From Alphaproteobacteria bacterium (lineage in GTDB: Bacteria > Pseudomonadota > Alphaproteobacteria > SP197): DNA of 64,000 bases. Position 1 is the first letter of the stretch. Each line of letters opens with the position of its first letter. The stretch lies in assembly GCA_964291265.2 (NCBI GenBank), contig OZ219747.1, forward strand, positions 576,001-640,000, given 5' to 3'. Positions 30,190-40,012 of the stretch are shown here, piece after piece. A program made the position numbers and the translations under genes. The notes under the pieces were generated by a model. It did not search any database. It worked only from the letters and a program-made list of their open reading frames with translations, and was not told the DNA's origin.

Positions 30190-30560
30190 AGGCGGGCCGT
30201 GGATTGCGAGAACCCGCTCGCCGTGCCCGCCCCGACGTCAGACCGATCGTCGACGCACTCGTCGTGGTCGCGAGTTCTTCCGACGAGGACTCCCTTCGGT
30301 CGGCGATGGAAACCTGCGGGTTGCGCGAACCCGAATGCGATGAACACCGGATGTTCCGCACCCCGAAACGGAACGTGCATGTGCTCTCGCCGGAGATCGA
30401 GCGCTACCTGCGCTTCCGCGAAGCGCTGCGCGCCTCTCCGTTTGTCCGCGCACGCTTCCAGGAGTTCAAGCGATCCCTCGCAACACAGGGCGCTCAAGCC
30501 ATGAACGCCCATGCTCGAGCGAAATCGGAGTTCGCCGAAGCGAGCAGACCGTCGTGGCCC
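30190..30560 (+). pseudogene. GrpB/UPF0157 family remnant
   Basis: PIVD, LREP..EHRMFRTP.RNVHV, RYLRFREALR, AKSEF. No credible start codon. Confidence 0.6.
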
Positions 30561-30779
30561 GCAGCTCACACCGGCGGCGGCCGGGCAACCCCCATGCACA
30601 CGGCAGGGCGCACAGGTGGTCCGATGCAGATAAGACCATGGGGACGGCCAGACCCACTCCTGGTGAGGCTGAGGCCTGCTGAGCCCCGTCGTCTTCATCT
30701 GTGTCGTTGACGACGTTCCAGCGAACAGGACAATTCACGTCACATCGAGGGTGTGCGGACGGCGCGTGCGAAGGCAGGA

Positions 30780-31262
30780 ATGGAATTCGAAATCTTCGTT
30801 CTCGTCCAGTCAGTCGTCGTCGCCCTGCCGGCGGCCTGGCTTTCACTGGGCGCTTTCGACAACATTCTCCATTCTAGGATCAACCGCGACGCTGTGGCCC
30901 GGGTCCTGGCGCTCGAGGCGCTGCGGGAATGGCCGGACGTCCGGGAAAGGATCGGCCATCGAGCTGTCACGAACGAAAGGACGGTCCGTCGAGTCTTCAT
31001 CCTGGTGGTGATTGCCGAATGCGTGGCGTCAGTCGTGCTGTGGACCGGCGCCATTGGCCTGGGAATCGCGTTCTTCGGCCTCGCCGATCACGACCGGGCT
31101 CGCGACCTTGCCATGATCGGCGCCCTGGGTTTCACGGGCATCTGGGCATCGTTCCTGATCGGAGGACAGTGGTTCTACTACTGGTATCACACCTATGGTC
31201 AATCCACCCACCTCAAGGCCACGCTCTGGGGACTGGCCACCCTGATTATCCTGGCCCTGTAG
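30780..31262 (+). CDS. DUF2165 family membrane protein
   Basis: DNI...N...V.RVL, hydrophobic helices, FLIGGQWFYYW. Confidence 0.75.
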   Translation: MEFEIFVLVQSVVVALPAAWLSLGAFDNILHSRINRDAVARVLALEALREWPDVRERIGHRAVTNERTVRRVFILVVIAECVASVVLWTGAIGLGIAFFGLADHDRARDLAMIGALGFTGIWASFLIGGQWFYYWYHTYGQSTHLKATLWGLATLIILAL

Positions 31263-31492
31263 GACGGCGAAGACACCACCCGACCATCCTGAGCGTACAC
31301 GATCCAACCGACATCCCGCGACATCCGGCAAGCGCAGGATGAACCACATGAATATGAGTGATCTCGATCGCTGCCCTGCTGTCATGGGACAGCGCATGGA
31401 TGATCTCGTTGTCCGCCGTCTGCGTGGAGCGCTAAGGACCGGAACGCCAGGACACACCTCGGATCCCTCCAGTCTGAGTCTGTTCGCCGGAT

Positions 31493-31585
31493 CACGTCCG
31501 TGCCCACGTGTTCCTTGGCATGCTTGCCCTGCATGTCGCATGCACTCAACGCCTCGCACCGACGCTGTTCGAGAACGACGACTGA
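31493..31585 (+). pseudogene. IS1634 transposase scrap
   Basis: HVRAHVFLGMLALH...QRLAPTLFEND resembles RVRAHVFLCMLAYY...QRLKPMLFDDE at about 50380-50470. Confidence 0.6.
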
Positions 31586-31757
31586 AACCCGCACACAGTG
31601 AACCCTGGACGCCTCAAGAGCATGTCAGCTCCTGCCGGATCAGCACACCCAACAAGATCGTGACCCTGGCGGCGCATCTGACTTCCTTCCTGTCAACACT
31701 CCACGCCGATATGATGGGCGTCCAGTACCGATCATGGCCATGAGGATGCACGCGGAC

Positions 31758-33737
31758 ATGAGTAACGGCGAACTCCATTGGATCGCGAACTACATCTGGG
31801 GCATCGCCGACGATGTGCTGCGCGACCTCTATGTGCGCGGAAAGTACCGTGACGTGATCCTGCCGATGACGGTGTTGCGCCGACTGGACGTGGTGCTCGA
31901 GGATGGCAAGAGTGCCGTCCTCGACATGAAGGCCACGCTGGACACGGCTGGTGTCGTGGAACAGGACGCCGCGTTGCGCCAGGCTGCCGGCCAAGCCTTC
32001 TACAACACCTCGGCATTCACACTCCGCGACCTGCGTGCCCGTGCGAACAGGCAGCAGCTCGAAGCGGACTTTCGGGCCTGGCTCGACGGTTTCTCCCCCA
32101 ACGTGCAGGACATTCTCGACTGCTTCGAGTTCCGCAACCAGATCCCGAAACTCATCCAGGCCGACGCACTCGGTGCATTGATCGAAAAGCTGGCTTCGCC
32201 TGACATCAACCTGAGCCCTGCTCCGGTGATGAACGAAAACGGCGCCGTGCGCCATCCGGGCCTCGACAACCATGCCATGGGCACGATCTTCGAGGAGCTG
32301 GTGAGGCGTTTCAACGAGGAGAACAACGAAGAGGCGGGCGAGCACTGGACACCTCGGGACGCCGTGCGCCTGATGGCGAAGCTGGTCTTCCTGCCGATCG
32401 CCGACGAGATCGAGTCCGGGACCTATCTGCTCTACGATGGCGCCTGCGGCACCGGCGGCATGCTGACAGTCGCCGAAGAGTCACTGCAGGATCTCGCGAG
32501 GGACCGCGGCAAGCAGGTTTCCACGCACCTCTTCGGCCAGGAGATCAACGCCGAGACCTACGCCATCTGCAAGGCCGACCTGCTTCTCAAGGGCGAAGGC
32601 GAGGCGGCGGACAACATCGTTGGCGGTCCGGCGCATTCCACGCTTGCCAACGACGCCTTCCCGTCCCGCGAATTCGATTTCATGCTGTCGAACCCGCCCT
32701 ACGGCAAGAGCTGGAAGACCGACCTTGAACGCATGGGCGGCAAGACCGGCATGCGCGATCGGCGGTTCCTGATCGAGCACGGCGGCGACCCGGAGTATTC
32801 TCTGGTGACCCGCTCGAGCGACGGCCAGATGCTGTTCCTCGCCAACAAGCTCTCCAAGATGAAACAGCACACCCGCCTCGGCAGCCGCATCGCCGAGGTG
32901 CACAACGGCTCATCGCTGTTCACCGGCGACGCAGGCCAGGGCGAGAGCAACATCCGCCGCTGGATCATCGAGAACGACTGGCTGGAGGCCGTCGTCGCGC
33001 TGCCGCTCAACCTGTTCTACAACACCGGCATCGCCACCTACGTGTGGCTGCTGACCAACCGTAAGCCCGCACATCGGGCGGGCAAGGTGCAGCTGATTGA
33101 CGCCACCTTGTGGCACCAGCCGTTGCGCAAGAATCTAGGCAAGAAGAACTGCGAACTCGGCGAGGACGACATCGGGCGCATCTGTGACACCTTCCTCGCC
33201 TTCGAGGAGACCGAACGGAGCAGGATTTTCGACAACGCCGCTTTCGGCTACCGGAAGGTCACGGTCGAGCGGCCACTCCGCATCGAGGGCGCCGAGAAGC
33301 GGGTCCACAAGGCGGCCGAGATCAAGCGCCTCAAGGACAACGGCCAGCGGAGCGAAGACGCGACGCCGATCATCAAGAGGATCCACAAGCGAGGCACTGA
33401 AGCCGATCCCCTGCACGGACTGTTCCGTGACACGATCGACGGCAAGACCGCCGTGGTCGAGTACGAGCCCGATACGGAGCTGCGGGACACCGAGCAGATT
33501 CCGCTTCAGGAGGAAGGCGGCGTCGATGCGTTCCTGGAACGCGAGGTCCTGCCTTGGGCACCCGATGCCTGGTACCGCCCCGACGCCGTCAGGATCGGTT
33601 ACGAGATCAGCTTCAACCGCTACTTCTACAAGCCGCAGCCCATGCGCTCGCTGGAGGAGATACGGGCCGACATCCTCGCCCTGGAGACGGAGACCGAGGG
33701 CCTGCTCACCTCCATCATCGGCGAAACCGGCTCATGA
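31758..33737 (+). CDS. hsdM: Type I restriction-modification methyltransferase subunit
   Basis: AGEHWTPR, YDGACGTGGML, GQE, NPPY, LFYNTGIATY. Confidence 0.96.
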   Translation: MSNGELHWIANYIWGIADDVLRDLYVRGKYRDVILPMTVLRRLDVVLEDGKSAVLDMKATLDTAGVVEQDAALRQAAGQAFYNTSAFTLRDLRARANRQQLEADFRAWLDGFSPNVQDILDCFEFRNQIPKLIQADALGALIEKLASPDINLSPAPVMNENGAVRHPGLDNHAMGTIFEELVRRFNEENNEEAGEHWTPRDAVRLMAKLVFLPIADEIESGTYLLYDGACGTGGMLTVAEESLQDLARDRGKQVSTHLFGQEINAETYAICKADLLLKGEGEAADNIVGGPAHSTLANDAFPSREFDFMLSNPPYGKSWKTDLERMGGKTGMRDRRFLIEHGGDPEYSLVTRSSDGQMLFLANKLSKMKQHTRLGSRIAEVHNGSSLFTGDAGQGESNIRRWIIENDWLEAVVALPLNLFYNTGIATYVWLLTNRKPAHRAGKVQLIDATLWHQPLRKNLGKKNCELGEDDIGRICDTFLAFEETERSRIFDNAAFGYRKVTVERPLRIEGAEKRVHKAAEIKRLKDNGQRSEDATPIIKRIHKRGTEADPLHGLFRDTIDGKTAVVEYEPDTELRDTEQIPLQEEGGVDAFLEREVLPWAPDAWYRPDAVRIGYEISFNRYFYKPQPMRSLEEIRADILALETETEGLLTSIIGETGS

Positions 33738-35164
33738 TCGACGGCATCACGCCTTATCCGAAGACAAAGCCCTCCAACGTCGAATGGCTTGGGGATGTGC
33801 CAGTGCATTGGGAAGTGCGGCGTCTTCGCAACTTGGCAAGAACTTGCTTCAGCAATGTTGACAAGCATTCAAAAGACGGAGAGCAACTCGTCCGACTTTG
33901 CAACTATTCGGATGTCTATTACAAGGAACGCATCCGCAATGATTTGGATTTCATGGTGGCTACTGCGACTGCGGAAGAGATCGGGAAGTATCAGCTTCAC
34001 GCTGGCGATGTGCTCATCACAAAAGACTCCGAATCATGGGACGATATAGGGGTTCCAGCGTTCGTAGAGAGCACGGATCACGACATCGTTTGCGGCTACC
34101 ATCTCGCGCTACTCCGCCCACGTAAAGGGCGCGCATTTGGGAAGTTTTTGTGCCGTGCCTTATCGGGTCGAGGCATCGCCGATCAATTTTTCGTAAGAGC
34201 GAACGGGGTTACTAGATTCGGCTTATCCCAGATCGCGATTCGGTCTGTATGGTTACCGACCCCACCCCTCCCCGAACAAGCCGCCATCGCCTGCTTTCTC
34301 GACCACGTGGACCAACGCATCACCCGCTGCATCAGCGCGAAGGAGAAGCTGATCGCGCTGCTGGAGGAATACAGGCAGACGGTTGTCAGCGAGGCCGTGA
34401 CGGGCCGGTTTGACGTGCGCACCGGCAAGCCCTACCCGGCTTACAGGCCCTCCGGCGTCAAGTGGCTGGGGGATGTGCCGGCGCATTGGGAAGTGCGGCG
34501 GTTGAAATACCTTTCAGACTTGATCATGGGGCAATCTCCGCCGTCCGAAGAATGCAGTGCCGAGCAAATCGGACTGCCGTTCCTTCAGGGCTGCGCCGAG
34601 TTCGGTTCAGAGCATCCACGACCAGTGCAGTACTGCCGATCTCCTGCCAAAGTAAGTCCGGCTGGCGCGATTCTCATATCGGTGCGAGCGCCGGTTGGTC
34701 GTTTGAACGTCGCCAATCAGCCGTACGGTATCGGGAGAGGACTTTGCGCCGTGATCCCGCAGCCTCGGTTTCTTGACTTCCAATGTTGTCGGTACGGCTT
34801 GGGTCTGTCCTCGACGGGCTTGATAATGCAATCAACAGGATCAACATTTGAAGCCGTGAGCATTGGCGATGTAGCGAGCCTACCAATGGCCATGCCACCC
34901 CTCCCCGAACAAACCGCCATTGCCCGCTTTCTTGACGGAAAGATCGAGAAGATCCAGGTAGGTATCGCCCGGGCACAAGGCGAAATCGACCTGCTGCGCG
35001 AGTATCGCACCAGGCTTATTGCCGATGTTGTCACCGGCAAGCTCGATGTGCGCGCGGCAGCGGCCGAACTGCCGGAGAGCGATGCTACCGTTACTGTCGG
35101 GGCGGACGGTGCGATGGATTGTGATGACGTGCCCGCACTCGGCTCTCCAGATCGGGCGGCATAG
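33734..35164 (+). CDS. hsdS: Type I restriction-modification specificity subunit
   Basis: ATGA overlap with hsdM; two TRDs flanked by repeated WLGDVP.HWEVRRL and PPLPEQ.AIA.FLD. Confidence 0.95.
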   Translation: MIDGITPYPKTKPSNVEWLGDVPVHWEVRRLRNLARTCFSNVDKHSKDGEQLVRLCNYSDVYYKERIRNDLDFMVATATAEEIGKYQLHAGDVLITKDSESWDDIGVPAFVESTDHDIVCGYHLALLRPRKGRAFGKFLCRALSGRGIADQFFVRANGVTRFGLSQIAIRSVWLPTPPLPEQAAIACFLDHVDQRITRCISAKEKLIALLEEYRQTVVSEAVTGRFDVRTGKPYPAYRPSGVKWLGDVPAHWEVRRLKYLSDLIMGQSPPSEECSAEQIGLPFLQGCAEFGSEHPRPVQYCRSPAKVSPAGAILISVRAPVGRLNVANQPYGIGRGLCAVIPQPRFLDFQCCRYGLGLSSTGLIMQSTGSTFEAVSIGDVASLPMAMPPLPEQTAIARFLDGKIEKIQVGIARAQGEIDLLREYRTRLIADVVTGKLDVRAAAAELPESDATVTVGADGAMDCDDVPALGSPDRAA

Positions 35165-35422
35165 GGTCGCGGGTTGACCGTGCCGCCGCCCGCTTCGCCG
35201 AAGCTCTACCACATCGTCCACGTGGACCGGTTGCTGTCGATCGTTGCCGACGGCGGCCTCCGGTGCGATGCGGCGCTTCAGGAACAGCCACGGCCGGGGA
35301 CGACCATCGGCATGAGCACGATCAAGGAGCGACGTTTGACCGTAACTGCCCAGGTCTGATTTTGCCGAGTCCTGACGGGAGGTGGATTGATGGCTCCGGT
35401 CTGATGACGCCGAGGAGGGATG

Positions 35423-36964
35423 TCAGAAGCGCAGTTTCGGGATCAGCTGTATGGGATCGGGGTGGGCCAGTGTTTCGAGGACATTCCAGCCCTGTTTTCG
35501 GGCGATGGAGATGACGGATCGCAGCTTGGCGAAGTCCCATGCGCCCTGCATGGATCGGAAGCCGCCCGAGATTTTCTGGCGCAGCTTGCTCATGCGGAAG
35601 TCTTGCTCGGCCTGGTTGTTGGAGAACGGGACTTGCGGGTTGGTGAGGAAGCGCAGGCAGCCGTCCTTGTGCTTCTGAAGGCGAAGCGCGAGGTTGTGGC
35701 CGATGCGGCGTTTTCGTCGTCCGCGCTTTCCGGGCTGGAGCGGCGGCCTCTGTTCGTGGGAAGCGATGGCCTGCTCGAGGATCCTGTCCCAGGCTTGCGA
35801 GATGCGGGCGAGGAGTGAAGCGGGGATGTCGCGGTCGTTCTTGCGGGCGAAGCGGGCGGCTCTGTTGGCACGGATGAGGAGCCTGTGCATGGCGGTGGCC
35901 CAGTCTTCCTTCTCGATCTCGATCAGAGCCTGGAGTTCGCGCAGGTGATGGGCGTTGCAGGCACCGTGGCGCACGCCCTCGAGAGTGAAGTAAGTGGCCA
36001 AGTCGTCATGGATGACGATGCCGTTGAGCGTCTCGTCGATGTGTTTGCGGCCGGTGGCGATGCGCAGGATGGTGAGCAAGGGGGTGCACAGCACATGGAG
36101 CCAGTGGGTCTGGCCGTTGATGCGGATGCCGGTCTCGTCGAGGTGTTTGACCGGTGCTTGGGTGCGGATGATCTGCGCGACATGATCGAGGAAGCTCTCG
36201 AAGCGCCGGGCGGTGCGCCTGCCCATGGCGGCGATGGTGGCGGTTGAGATCCTGACGGCGAAGAGGTCGCTCATGACCTCGGCGACGCGCTTCTCGGGAA
36301 TGAACTGGGCGTGCAACAGGTAGGTCACCCAGGCGGTGATGCGCGGCCCGTACTGGACCGGGGCGCTCACGCCGTGCGGGAAGGCGGCTGTTGTCACAGC
36401 GCCGCAGGCGGCGCAGAGACAGCGATGGGCGCGATGTTCGGTGACCTCGAGGGGCTGCGGCTCGGGCATGTCGAAGACCTGCCGACAGACGGGTTCTGCG
36501 TGACGGTCATCATCCGACAGCGGTGCGCCGCAGCCCTTACAGGCAGACGGAGCATGATCGACGACATGGTCCGGGTTCTCGGCCTGCTTCAGGGTGACTC
36601 CCTCGTGGCCGCGCTGACCGCCACTGGGCCTGTCGGACTTGCCGCGCTGGCTCCGGGTGCGCTTCTGTCGGTTTCCGCTCTTCTTCTTCGGACCGTCGCT
36701 GGCCGGTGGCTTGGAGCTGGTGGAGCTGTCGAGCGCGGCGCTGCGCTCGAGTGCGTCAATCCGTTCGCGCAAGCCGGTGTTCTCCCGCTCCAGCGCCTCG
36801 ATCTCCCCGACCAGCGCCTCACTCAGGCGCAACATCCCCTGGCCCCAATCCCGGAGGGCCTTGACGGCAGTCACGGCGAAGGAGTGTGGACTGAACAGGT
36901 CCTGAAGGCCCACGAAGGCCTCGTCATGGGCGGCGATGTCCTCGCGCCAGCGCGAGACGGTCAC
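35423..36964 (-). CDS. IS66 family transposase (TnpC type; no tnpA/tnpB accessory genes)
   Basis: DSSTSSKPPASD, C4 zinc finger, HLDETG, CNAHHLREL, FSNNQAEQDFR...QKISGGFRS. Confidence 0.92.
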   Translation of the reverse strand: MTVSRWREDIAAHDEAFVGLQDLFSPHSFAVTAVKALRDWGQGMLRLSEALVGEIEALERENTGLRERIDALERSAALDSSTSSKPPASDGPKKKSGNRQKRTRSQRGKSDRPSGGQRGHEGVTLKQAENPDHVVDHAPSACKGCGAPLSDDDRHAEPVCRQVFDMPEPQPLEVTEHRAHRCLCAACGAVTTAAFPHGVSAPVQYGPRITAWVTYLLHAQFIPEKRVAEVMSDLFAVRISTATIAAMGRRTARRFESFLDHVAQIIRTQAPVKHLDETGIRINGQTHWLHVLCTPLLTILRIATGRKHIDETLNGIVIHDDLATYFTLEGVRHGACNAHHLRELQALIEIEKEDWATAMHRLLIRANRAARFARKNDRDIPASLLARISQAWDRILEQAIASHEQRPPLQPGKRGRRKRRIGHNLALRLQKHKDGCLRFLTNPQVPFSNNQAEQDFRMSKLRQKISGGFRSMQGAWDFAKLRSVISIARKQGWNVLETLAHPDPIQLIPKLRF

Positions 36965-37630
36965 GAACCCTCCCCGGCCTCGACGGCCATGATCGCCGCC
37001 AGCACGGCCAGACGTTCCCCCGGCGGCATGGCCTCGTAGCGCCGCCCCCAGTTGGCCGCCTTGCGCTTGATGCACTGGCGGGCGGTGAAGTTCCGCCCCG
37101 CGTAGCGCGACCAGTGCACCCGGTCGGGAGCAAAGTTGAACCATACCACCTCGGTCCGCACCTGGGCCTGGGTCGTCACCTGCAGCGCCACCCGGCGCCA
37201 GCCCGCCAGAAGATCGTCATAGAGCGCTTCACGGGTGGCCCGAGACCATCACCTGGCAGGGCAGGCCCTTGAGCAGTTCAAGGAGCGCAACATGGTCCGC
37301 CTCCTCGTACTCGAAGCGGTAGCGCCGCGACGAACGCCGCGTCGCGTGCAGATAGGGCGGATCGCTGTAGACCAGCTCCGGACCCAGAAACGGGAACGAA
37401 GCCAGGAAGGAGTGAGCACAGTCGTGCACCAACTCCACCGGATAAGCGCACTCAAAGGCCTCAAGCGCACGCTCATCACGGTCAATCCCGATCGAGCGCT
37501 CCGACGCAGCCTTGCGCTTCATCAGCGCTCCGCCCCCCAGATGGCTCTCGATATAGACAGAGTGCGGCGGCATCAGCGCAATCAGCGCCTGGCACAAACC
37601 CGGCGTCGCCTTCGATCCGAAGTACCCCAA
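36961..37630 (-). pseudogene. Dam/D12-class DNA adenine methyltransferase, frameshift and stop near 37229
   Basis: YFGSK, YIESHLGGGA, GIDRD, VYSDPPY, VMVSG, then ALYDDLLAGW...TEVVWFNF in another frame. Confidence 0.85.
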
Positions 37631-38286
37631 CGGCCGCCCCCCTCATGACAGAGGGCAACTCATAGGCTCACCGGCCTAGTAAGTCAAGACGCGCAGAATC
37701 AACAAAGCGACGACACCAAAACCGCACCCAACGCAACCAACGTCAACACAGACTCAGACCTGGCGGGGTACCTGGGCAGTTACCGTTTGACCAATCCACT
37801 GGAGTGCCATCCCGGGCTCCATGTCGGCGACTGCGTACCGTTCTATTTCCGCCCGCGCTCCGTCATGCTCTTCGTGATCCACAAGGGCAATCATTCCGAA
37901 CTCGCGTATCGAGGTGGCCAGGACCCCATCGTGCATCTGGAGGCCAACCTGCGCGAAACGGTCAACTGGGCTGAACGGACCGACGCCGGTGGGCATTTAC
38001 CCTTTCCAATGCGGGATCCCGGCACTTCGAAGCCAGGTGTGATCTGGCGCAACTCGACGAGATCGACTGGGTTACCGTCGAGGCGCCACATTGGAGCGAC
38101 CGCATTGAGAGCAAGCAGGCGGAGTTCCTTGTCGAGCGGTCTTTCTCCTGGACGCTGGTTCAGCGCGTCGGCGCGCGCACGCCCGTAACCTGCGACCGGG
38201 CGGCGGAGGCACTGCGGGGCGCTGCTCACCGGCCTGATGTCACGGTTCAGCCGAACTGGTACTATTGACGCCGCAAGGAGACAGAG

Positions 38287-39348
38287 ATGATCCGCTTCAA
38301 GATGGACGATATCCTCGTCGAGGATGCCGAGGCGCTGATCAACACCGTCAACTGCGTCGGGGTGATGGGACGCGGGATCGCGCTCCAGTTCAAGAAGGCG
38401 TTTCCCGAGAACTTCCGCGCCTACGCCGAGGCCTGCAGGCGGGGAGAGGTCCACCCCGGCCGCATGTTCGTCTTCGAGACGGGCGGGCTCACCAATCCCC
38501 GCTTCATCGTCAACTTCCCGACCAAACGCCATTGGCGCGCCAACAGCCGGATCGAGGACATCAAGGCCGGTCTGGACGATCTTGCACGAGTGATCCGCGA
38601 GCGCGGAATCCGTTCTATCGCGGTACCGCCTCTCGGCAGCGGTCTCGGCGGGCTGGACTGGCGCGAGGTGCGGCCGCGCATCGAGGCGGCCCTGCGTGAC
38701 TTCAACGATCTGGATACCGTCGTCTTCGAGCCAGGCGGAGCACCGGCGCCGGCGCTGATGGTGCACGGCCGTGAGGCGCCGGCGATGACGCCGGGCCGGG
38801 CCGCACTGGTCGCGCTGATGAACCGCTACCTGAACGTCCTCCTCGATCCCTTCATCACTCTTCTGGAAGTTCACAAGCTGCTCTACTTCATGCAGGTCGC
38901 GGGCGAGCCGCTGAGACTCCGCTACGCCAAGGCCCTCTACGGGCCTTATGCCGAGAATCTGCGCCATGTCCTCAATGCGCTTGAAGGGCACTTCATATCC
39001 GGCTACGGCGACGGTGGCGACCGGCACGACAAGGTGCTGGAGATCCTCCCCGGCGCGGCCGAGGACGCCGCCGAGGTCCTGGACCGCTGCCCCGCGACGC
39101 GGGAGCGTTTCAGGAAGGTCGCCGACCTGATGGACGGGTTCGAATCGGCTTTCGGCCTTGAACTGCTCTCGACGGTGCATTGGGTTCTCGAACACGATGC
39201 GCCCGCGTCGTCGCAGGATGTTGTCGAGGCGATCTACGCCTGGAACGAGCGCAAGAAGAGGTTCTTTCCCCGGCAGATCGAGCTGGCGGTCGGCGTGCTG
39301 ACCGAGAAGGGTTGGACCGCCGGTGTCGGTGCCGCCGCCCAACCATGA
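38287..39348 (+). CDS. darG: DarG macrodomain antitoxin (DNA ADP-ribosyl glycohydrolase)
   Basis: NTVNCVGVMGRGIA, NFPTKRHW, PPLGSGLGGL, EVHKLLYFMQ, GLELLSTVHW. Confidence 0.93.
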   Translation: MIRFKMDDILVEDAEALINTVNCVGVMGRGIALQFKKAFPENFRAYAEACRRGEVHPGRMFVFETGGLTNPRFIVNFPTKRHWRANSRIEDIKAGLDDLARVIRERGIRSIAVPPLGSGLGGLDWREVRPRIEAALRDFNDLDTVVFEPGGAPAPALMVHGREAPAMTPGRAALVALMNRYLNVLLDPFITLLEVHKLLYFMQVAGEPLRLRYAKALYGPYAENLRHVLNALEGHFISGYGDGGDRHDKVLEILPGAAEDAAEVLDRCPATRERFRKVADLMDGFESAFGLELLSTVHWVLEHDAPASSQDVVEAIYAWNERKKRFFPRQIELAVGVLTEKGWTAGVGAAAQP

Positions 39349-39459
39349 ATGCGGCTTCTGCAGGACGGGCTTGGAACGAACGGTTCAGCTGGTGTTCCTT
39401 GTCACGCTGTCCTGGTTCAGACCCAAGGCAGGTCCGCAATCCGGAAGGAGCTGACGAAG

Positions 39460-39687
39460 ATGACAGACTGGAAGACATGCCCGGCCGTGGAGCGGACACC
39501 GGGAAAGGTCAGCGGCGCATGGGTCTTTGCCGGTACGCGAGTCCCATTGTTCGCCCTTTACGAGAACCTCGCCAGCGGCGCCACGGTCGAAGATTTCGTC
39601 CAGTGGTTTCCCGGCGTGGACAAGGAGAAGGTTCGCGCGGTGCTCGAACACGAGGCTCGGGCGTTGAGGACGGCGCTGGCGCATTGA
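39460..39687 (+). CDS. DUF433 putative antitoxin
   Basis: PGKVSGAWVFAGTRVP, GATVEDFVQWFP. Confidence 0.88.
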   Translation: MTDWKTCPAVERTPGKVSGAWVFAGTRVPLFALYENLASGATVEDFVQWFPGVDKEKVRAVLEHEARALRTALAH

Positions 39688-40011
39688 GACTCCTGTTCGA
39701 CCAGGGAACGCCTGCGCCGCTGCGGCGTCATTTCCCGGCGCATTCCGTGGACACGCTGGCCGAGAAGGGCTGGTCCGACAAGGATAACGGCGGGTTGCTC
39801 GAACTGGCGGAGCCGGAAGGATACGAGATTCTCGTCACGACCGATCGGAGCTTTCGCCACCAGCAAGAACCTGGAGGGCAGGAAGGTCGGCATCGTGGTT
39901 CTGCTTTCGGCCGACTGGTCGTCGATCAGCCGTCATGTGCTGGAGATGGGACAGGCGATCGCGGCCTTGCAGCCCGGCAAGGTTGTCGAGGTGCCCATCC
40001 AGGCAGCATGA
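39684..40011 (+). pseudogene. DUF5615/PIN-like toxin, +1 frameshift near 39865
   Basis: MRLLFDQGTP...NGGLL...LVTTDRS.RHQQ, continued by NLEGRKVGIVVL in the next frame. Confidence 0.78.
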
Positions 40012-40012
40012 G

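Larger units (their letters stand above)
35342..37783 (-). mobile_element. IS66-family element with methyltransferase passenger
   Basis: 14-bp TIR GTAACTGCCCAGGT; 9-bp TSD CGTTTGACC (35333-35341, 37784-37792). Confidence 0.93.
35174..38268 (+). pseudogene. darT: DarT ssDNA ADP-ribosyltransferase toxin (DUF4433), split by IS66 and frameshifted near 37982
   Basis: KLYHIVHVDRL...IKERRLT | NPLECH...CVPFYFRPRSVML, WAFTLSNAG, KQAEFLV, NWYY*. Removing the IS and one TSD copy restores the frame at the junction. Confidence 0.9.

Noticed and set aside
33770-34935. Repeats in hsdS as a phase-variation shufflon
   Set aside because: They are the normal direct conserved-region repeats; no inverted silent hsdS or invertase is present.
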